Source: Syntrophaceae bacterium UBA1062
GTDB lineage: Bacteria > Desulfobacterota > Desulfomonilia > UBA1062
Reading direction: 5' to 3'
Length of the DNA: 59,918 nt
Assembly: GCA_002316295.1 (NCBI GenBank)
Contig: DCDF01000173.1
Location: forward strand, 1 to 59,918
The notes below the pieces were generated by a model. It made no database searches. It was not told where the DNA came from and worked only from the letters and a program-made list of their open reading frames with translations. The position numbers and the translations under genes were made by a program. Positions 55,157 to 59,918 of this stretch are shown piece by piece. Each line of letters begins with the position of its first letter. Positions within the stretch are counted from its first letter, which is position 1.

Positions 55157-56215
55157 GGGCTTGATCTCCGCCTTGTCGCGGGTGATGAGCATCGTGGGCT
55201 CCATGCCCCGCGGGGACACTTCCTTGAGAAACCGCTTCACGAGGATATCTTCGGGGTCTTTCACCTTTTTCAGCGCCTGGGCGATGTCGATTTTGCCTGC
55301 GGCAAAGGTCTCGTGCCCGCCGCCCTTGCCGATGCCGTGGCAGATCTTGTGCGCGAGGACGCCCGCCATGTGACTCGACCGAGTGGTCCGGATGGAGAAA
55401 AGGATCGACCCGTTGTGCCGGCCGTAGCACATGCACCACCTGATCCCTTCGATCTGGATGAGCTCGTCGGCATACTCGCCGATCATCTCCGGCCATCCGA
55501 TCATGTCCACCCGGGCCACAACCACGTCGCCGTAGATCATTGCATTGTTGAGCACGGAATAGAGCTCTATGAAGTATTCCTTGGGCTTTTCCGGGTGTTC
55601 GATCCGGGCGAGCTTTTTCTGCAGGGTGCTGGGGAAGAGATGGACGGACGCCCGGATGTCTGCGTCGGAGGACTGTCGGCCCAGGTCCCGGGTGTCGGAT
55701 TTGATGCCATAGAACAGGGCCGTCGCCACCCTCCGGTCCATGGGCAGGTTCAGCTGTCTGATATACTGGGTGATAATGGTCGACGTACTCCCGATGCCCT
55801 TGCGCACATCGATGTATTCCGCCTTGGTGGAGGATTTTCTCAGAGGATGGTGGTCGATGACCGCGGTCGGGATGACGCCGGAAGGGAGGACGACGTTGCC
55901 GGTGTGAGGCTGGCAGTCGACCAGGATCACGACCGAGGAGTTGCGGAGATTGACCGAGCTCAGAGGCACCATGTCGATGCCCAGGAGCTTGACCATGCAC
56001 TGATTCTCCACCCTGCCGATGATGCCGCTGTAGACGATCACGGCGTTGACGCCCAGCGCCCTTCTGAAGATGTACTTGAGGCCGAATGCAGAGGCGATGC
56101 TGTCAGGGTCCGGGTTCTCGTGCGTCAGGATGAGGACCTTCCGTTTGCCTTTCACGATGGACAGCAGCTGTTCGGGGTCCGGCTTGCTCATCGTCTTGCT
56201 TGCTGATTTGCTCAT
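55133..56215 (-). CDS. DHH/DHHA1 family phosphoesterase (NrnA-like)
   Basis: Starts at MSKSASK, with the ATG overlapping the upstream stop (ATGA). Has the motifs THENPDPDSIAS, DHH (VIDHHP) and a C-terminal GGGH. Confidence 0.8.
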   Translation of the reverse strand: MSKSASKTMSKPDPEQLLSIVKGKRKVLILTHENPDPDSIASAFGLKYIFRRALGVNAVIVYSGIIGRVENQCMVKLLGIDMVPLSSVNLRNSSVVILVDCQPHTGNVVLPSGVIPTAVIDHHPLRKSSTKAEYIDVRKGIGSTSTIITQYIRQLNLPMDRRVATALFYGIKSDTRDLGRQSSDADIRASVHLFPSTLQKKLARIEHPEKPKEYFIELYSVLNNAMIYGDVVVARVDMIGWPEMIGEYADELIQIEGIRWCMCYGRHNGSILFSIRTTRSSHMAGVLAHKICHGIGKGGGHETFAAGKIDIAQALKKVKDPEDILVKRFLKEVSPRGMEPTMLITRDKAEIKPSEPGVNP

Positions 56216-56694
56216 ACGTTCACCCTGACCGAGAAGAGGCTGCGCATGGTCTCGTTCGCCCTGTTCGTATGAGTGCCCTTCCAGTAGATCCTCGAGCACT
56301 TCGGGCATCTGGCGAAAGTTTCCCGGGTTGCACTGACGTATTCCGGTACAAGGTTTTTCACGTCCTGTGCTTTAACATACTTGAGAGACACATTGCAAAC
56401 GATGCAGCGAGAATAAGGCCGAAGATTTTCTTTGAGATTCAGACGTTTATCAAGATATCGAAGCTGATCTTTCAGAAAATCGCTTTCCAGGACGATTGAT
56501 CCCTCTTTCATCGCGAAATCCCTCCTCCGGGTGAGAAGAATTCTGCCGGCAGCCCGGGCTGCGGCGATTTTCTCCTCACTCCATGCACGCATATACTCCG
56601 CGTCAAAGCCCATCATCCTCAGCCATCTGGCGAGACGGCCCAGGTTCTGGTCACATAAAAAACTCATCGGCGGGCCTGAATGCGTCTTCGACAT
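56212..56694 (-). CDS. Mut7-C RNase domain (DUF82, PIN-like) protein
   Basis: FLCDQNLGRLARWLRMMGFD at the N-terminus and a C-terminal Zn ribbon (CIVCN...CPKCSRIYWKGTH). The start is at ATG 56694 (SD GGGAGAG); ATG 56667 is an alternative. Confidence 0.8.
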   Translation of the reverse strand: MSKTHSGPPMSFLCDQNLGRLARWLRMMGFDAEYMRAWSEEKIAAARAAGRILLTRRRDFAMKEGSIVLESDFLKDQLRYLDKRLNLKENLRPYSRCIVCNVSLKYVKAQDVKNLVPEYVSATRETFARCPKCSRIYWKGTHTNRANETMRSLFSVRVNV

Positions 56695-57028
56695 GGCACA
56701 CTCTCCCTGCGGGGTCGACAGCCACCACATCGTATCGCACCTGAGAGTCGTTGAGACGATTTCTGATGAGATATTCCTGGGAGACCCGGATGATCCGCCT
56801 CTGTTTCCAGGGAGGAATCCAGCTCAGGGGGTCGCCGAACACCTCGCCGGTCGACATCTTGACTTCTATGAATACCACGATACCGCTGTAAGCCGCAATG
56901 ATGTCGATCTCGCCGATGTGGGTGCGGTAGTTTACATCGAGGATACGATAGCCTTTCGCCCTGAGGTGTTTCCGGGCGATTTTCTCGCCGCTACCGCCCT
57001 TTTCCCTTGTCGATCGAGGAGACGCCAC
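56651..57028 (-). CDS. yraN: YraN family (UPF0102) endonuclease-like protein
   Basis: GEKIARKHLRAKGYRILDVNYRTHIGEIDIIAAYSGIVVFIEVK. The start is placed at GTG 57028, which has a strong SD (AGGAGGAG, 5-nt spacer). The longest ORF start at 57121 was rejected. Confidence 0.75.
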   Translation of the reverse strand: MASPRSTREKGGSGEKIARKHLRAKGYRILDVNYRTHIGEIDIIAAYSGIVVFIEVKMSTGEVFGDPLSWIPPWKQRRIIRVSQEYLIRNRLNDSQVRYDVVAVDPAGRVCHVEDAFRPADEFFM

Positions 57029-57605
57029 GGAAGCTCCTCCTGTGAATCGGACAGGCGCCGAGGCGGCGGATGGCTTCATAATGGGCCCTGGTGGGATATC
57101 CCTTGTGCCGTGCAAAACCATACCCCGGATACAGCCTGTCCATCTGTTCCATATGCGTATCCCGGATGACCTTTGCTACGATGCTCGCAGCCGATATGGA
57201 AGGTTCAAATTCGTCGCCCCTGACCACGGTATAGCACGTGCACGGGAGCACGGGGGCGATATTCCCGTCGACAACGGCGCACAGGGGCTTCAGATCCAGG
57301 CACAGCACCGCCTCTCTCATGGCCTTGAGCGCGGCCTGGAGGATGTTTATTTCATCGATGCACCGCTCATCCACAAGGGAATACCCCACATGGACACCCG
57401 GTGCCGACATGATGGATTCGAAGATGTCCCGCCGCCGGGAATGACTCAGCTGTTTGGAGTCGCGGACAAGAAGCCTGAGCTCGTGACCGGGCTCCATAAT
57501 CACGGCAGCCGCGACGACAGGACCTGCCAGCGGCCCTCTCCCCGCTTCGTCGACGCCGCACAGAGGCCAGCATCCCCGGGAGATGAGGGAATCCTCGAGG
57601 GACAT
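56991..57605 (-). CDS. rnhB: Ribonuclease HII
   Basis: 204 aa. CGVDEAGRGPLAGPVVAAAV and the DSK and ASI(V)AK motifs are present. Confidence 0.92.
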   Translation of the reverse strand: MSLEDSLISRGCWPLCGVDEAGRGPLAGPVVAAAVIMEPGHELRLLVRDSKQLSHSRRRDIFESIMSAPGVHVGYSLVDERCIDEINILQAALKAMREAVLCLDLKPLCAVVDGNIAPVLPCTCYTVVRGDEFEPSISAASIVAKVIRDTHMEQMDRLYPGYGFARHKGYPTRAHYEAIRRLGACPIHRRSFRGVSSIDKGKGR

Positions 57606-57606
57606 G

Positions 57607-57951
57607 CTAGCCGCGCAGTTCTTTTAACCTGGCCGCCTTGCCTTTCTTCGCACGCAGATAGTAGAGTTTTGCCTTCCTGACCTTGGCGTGGCTGACCACC
57701 TCGACCTTTTCCACCACCGGCGCGTGCAGGGGAAACACCCTCTCGACGCCGACGGCGTAGGACTGCTTGCGCACGGTGATGGACTCACGGTTGTTCCCGC
57801 GGTGCCTGGCGATGACCACGCCCTCGAAGACCTGGAGCCTTTCCCTCGTCCCCTCGACGATCCGCGTCGAAATGCGGACCTTGTCGCCGATTCTTATCTC
57901 AGGCAGATTGTCCTTCATCTGCTCCTTTTCGTATTTGTCGATGATATTCAT
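57607..57951 (-). CDS. rplS: 50S ribosomal protein L19
   Basis: 114 aa. FRIGDKVRISTRIVEGTRERLQVFEGVVIARH... is a typical L19 sequence. Confidence 0.95.
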   Translation of the reverse strand: MNIIDKYEKEQMKDNLPEIRIGDKVRISTRIVEGTRERLQVFEGVVIARHRGNNRESITVRKQSYAVGVERVFPLHAPVVEKVEVVSHAKVRKAKLYYLRAKKGKAARLKELRG

Positions 57952-58481
57952 ACTCCACCTCCTGCAATCCGGTCTATGGTTATTGAAACGGCGGAACGGA
58001 CGGATAAATGGTTGAACCCGGTCCCTGCGTCGATAGGCTCCAAAACCGCATCAAGGCTCTTCAACAGCCGCGGGGCGATGCCCCACCCTGTCCCGAACAC
58101 CAGGCACACGTCTTTCGCGGACGCGATCGTCCGTGCCTGTTCCCAGGAAATACAGCCATCCATGCGTGCAGCGGAAGTCCCTACCATATATGCACCGGTC
58201 TGCCGTTTTATGTCTTCTATGTCTTTTACCAGGGAAATCACCTCAAGGGCCTTTTTACGAACGGGATTATACTCTCCCCCATACCCTTTGAGCCAGTGAT
58301 TCATGATCCTTTCGGCAAAAGCCAACTGGACATCGTTTGGGTGAACGATATAGAGCGTATTTATACCATATGTCAAGCATACTCTTGCAAGATCGTGCAA
58401 GTCCAGGTTGGTGATGGCCGTGGCGATCTCCTCACCGTTCTTGTCAATGCACGGCCAGTGGATCAGTGCTGCATACAGCAC
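57948..58481 (-). CDS. Putative SPOUT-class RNA methyltransferase (Methyltrn_RNA_4/DUF2168-like)
   Basis: MLYAALIHWPCIDKNGEEIATAITNLDLHDLARVCLTYGINTLYIVHP. It occupies the trmD-X-rplS position, as the homologous uncharacterised SPOUT protein does in other bacteria. Confidence 0.6.
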   Translation of the reverse strand: MLYAALIHWPCIDKNGEEIATAITNLDLHDLARVCLTYGINTLYIVHPNDVQLAFAERIMNHWLKGYGGEYNPVRKKALEVISLVKDIEDIKRQTGAYMVGTSAARMDGCISWEQARTIASAKDVCLVFGTGWGIAPRLLKSLDAVLEPIDAGTGFNHLSVRSAVSITIDRIAGGGV

Positions 58482-58525
58482 GACATCTCCTTTTTCTCGG
58501 GCGCTCCACCGGACGGACGCGGAAT

Positions 58526-59227
58526 TTACGCGTCATCCCGATCCGGAGTGCCGCCCGGAGATTTGTCGAGAAGATCCGGCCTCATCTCACGGGTCTTCAT
58601 GACAGACATTTCCTTCCGCCAGGCCCTGATCCGCTCGTGGTTTCCCGAGAGCAGAACCTCGGGAACGGCAAGCCCCCTGAACTCCCGCGGCCGGGTGTAG
58701 TGGGGATATTCCAGCAGTCCTTCGTAATGCGAATCTCCGCTCTGTGAGGTATCGTGTCCCAGAACGCCCGGTATCAGGCGGACGAAGGCGTCCACGATCA
58801 CCATGGCCGGAAGCTCGCCGCCGGTCAGCACGTAGTCTCCGATCGAGAGCTCCTCGTGAACAAAGAGCTCGCTCACGCGCTCGTCCACCCCCTCGTAGTG
58901 CCCGCAGACGATGGTGACGGCATCGAGCGAGCTGAGGCGCAGGGCGTCCGCCTGCCGGAAGAGCCTGCCCCGGGGTGATGTGAGGATCACGTGCCCCCTC
59001 TCGGGTATGTCCTCGAGTGCTCCCGCGATGGGCTCTGGCTTCAGGATCATGCCTCCGCCTCCGCCGTATGGGGTGTCGTCCACCACCCGGTGGCTGCCGA
59101 GGCCGTACTCGCGGAGGTTGACGATCCGGACGCTCAGATGCCCGTTCGTTATGGCCCGGCTGAGTATGCTCTCACTGAATACGCCGGAGAACATGTCCGG
59201 GAACAGGGTTATGATATTGACGATCAT
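58526..59227 (-). CDS. trmD: tRNA (guanine37-N1)-methyltransferase
   Basis: MIVNIITLFPDMF... and GGGGMILKPEP, CGHYEGVDERV, SIGDYVLTGGELPAM are the diagnostic TrmD motifs. Confidence 0.95.
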   Translation of the reverse strand: MIVNIITLFPDMFSGVFSESILSRAITNGHLSVRIVNLREYGLGSHRVVDDTPYGGGGGMILKPEPIAGALEDIPERGHVILTSPRGRLFRQADALRLSSLDAVTIVCGHYEGVDERVSELFVHEELSIGDYVLTGGELPAMVIVDAFVRLIPGVLGHDTSQSGDSHYEGLLEYPHYTRPREFRGLAVPEVLLSGNHERIRAWRKEMSVMKTREMRPDLLDKSPGGTPDRDDA

Positions 59228-59246
59228 GAAGGCCTCTGAAATCGGT

Positions 59247-59753
59247 CTAGTCGAGAAGATCTTCGAGAAGCGAGGCGTCGATGAGCACTGTTCCTTTTTC
59301 CGGCGAGATCTCTTTGATCACGTCTTTGGTGGCCGGGATGTAATACTCTTTGACAGGGTCCACCACGTAGACGTCGTTGCTCCCGGTGGAAAAGATCTTG
59401 TCGATCTCTCCAATCTCTCTGCCGTTCTCGTCGACCACCTTCAGGCCGATGAGATCCCTCCAGTAGTACTCTTCCTCATCGAGGGGCTCGAGCTGGTCCT
59501 CGGTTATGAAGAGGGTTTCGCCCCTGAACGTCTCGACGGTATCGATATCGTTTATGCCTTCGAGCTCAAGAACGAATCTTCCTTTGTGCGGGGTACAGGA
59601 AAGAACCTTCCTCGGTTTTTTCTCATCACCGATGATAAGATGAGTATAAGAACTGAACCTCTCAGGAGAATCCCCGTACGGGGTAATCCACATCTTTCCT
59701 TTGAGCCCTTTCGGGCTCGAGATCCTTGCGATCTCGACGAGATCGTGTTTCAT
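59247..59753 (-). CDS. rimM: 16S rRNA processing protein RimM
   Basis: 168 aa. ARISSPKGLKGKMWI matches the N-terminal RimM domain, followed by a PRC-barrel C-terminus. Conserved synteny with trmD. Confidence 0.92.
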   Translation of the reverse strand: MKHDLVEIARISSPKGLKGKMWITPYGDSPERFSSYTHLIIGDEKKPRKVLSCTPHKGRFVLELEGINDIDTVETFRGETLFITEDQLEPLDEEEYYWRDLIGLKVVDENGREIGEIDKIFSTGSNDVYVVDPVKEYYIPATKDVIKEISPEKGTVLIDASLLEDLLD

Positions 59754-59918
59754 TTACTCTATGATTTCCAGTACAGCCCTCTTCTTGATCTTGGTGGAAG
59801 CCGCCGTGAGTAGTGTTCGCATTGCCCGTGCAGTCCGGCCTTCTTTTCCGATAACCTTACCCAAATCGGATTTCGCAACCCTGAGCTCGATTACAGAGGT
59901 CACCTCACCCTCGACTTC
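59754..59918 (-). CDS. KH-domain RNA-binding protein (UPF0109/YlqC-like), C-terminal part; the 5' end lies outside the window
   Basis: The minus-strand frame is open from the window edge to TAA 59756-59754. It translates to [54 protein letters not shown], with the GKxGR KH signature. It sits between rpsP (expected upstream) and rimM. Confidence 0.8.
   Translation of the reverse strand, partial: EVEGEVTSVIELRVAKSDLGKVIGKEGRTARAMRTLLTAASTKIKKRAVLEIIE

Noticed and set aside
56695-57121. Longest-ORF starts for Mut7-C (56730) and yraN (57121, 57079).
   Set aside because: Downstream starts have clear SD sequences: GGGAGAG before ATG 56694 and AGGAGGAG before GTG 57028. They also give proteins of the lengths usual for these families. 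The extra N-terminal residues are non-conserved in appearance and deepen the gene overlaps.

Overview
This is a chromosomal, mostly housekeeping window from a moderately GC-rich anaerobe. The gene content (NrdDG, pyruvate phosphate dikinase, ADP-forming acetyl-CoA synthetase, glutaconate-type CoA-transferase, PAS-rich hybrid kinases) suggests a syntrophic or sulfate-reducer-like Deltaproteobacterium/Desulfobacterota, but that is inference only. I can support about 60 protein genes, one tRNA-Val(CAC), one cobalamin riboswitch, tandem NrdR-box-like sites, and several promoter and terminator candidates.

Main blocks, left to right:
- glycosylase/DUF488, then a PAS-GAF histidine kinase and an ADP-forming acyl-CoA synthetase
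- a long minus-strand operon: aroC, aroK-aroB fusion, TPR, aroQ, pepP, efp, accB, LplA-like
- a seven-gene alcohol/aldehyde/CoA-transferase/PrpD-like/acyl-CoA dehydrogenase operon with an embedded PadR
- a GNAT, a crotonase, and a B12-riboswitch-controlled TonB receptor
- DAHP synthase, moaC, tmk, ppdK, lptFG
- two hybrid kinases, nfi, nrdG, an orphan response regulator and nrdD
- fadD-like ligase, and a deacetylase/ACP/adenylating-ligase/PP-loop cluster
- the rimM-trmD-rplS-rnhB-yraN block

I found no CRISPR array, IS element, integrase, phage or recognisable defence genes.

The best candidate for something undescribed is a 24-codon leader ORF upstream of the DAHP synthase gene. Eight of nine consecutive codons encode Tyr, Phe or Trp. 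It is followed by an intrinsic terminator and a mutually exclusive antiterminator helix.

Secondary leads:
- the translationally coupled accB/LplA-like pair
- the uncharacterised catabolic operon with a perfect 11-N8-11 palindrome
- the ACP/ligase/PP-loop module
- a small duplicated Cys-motif protein next to the ADP-forming synthetase

All functional calls rest on motif and family recognition by eye. No database search was run.
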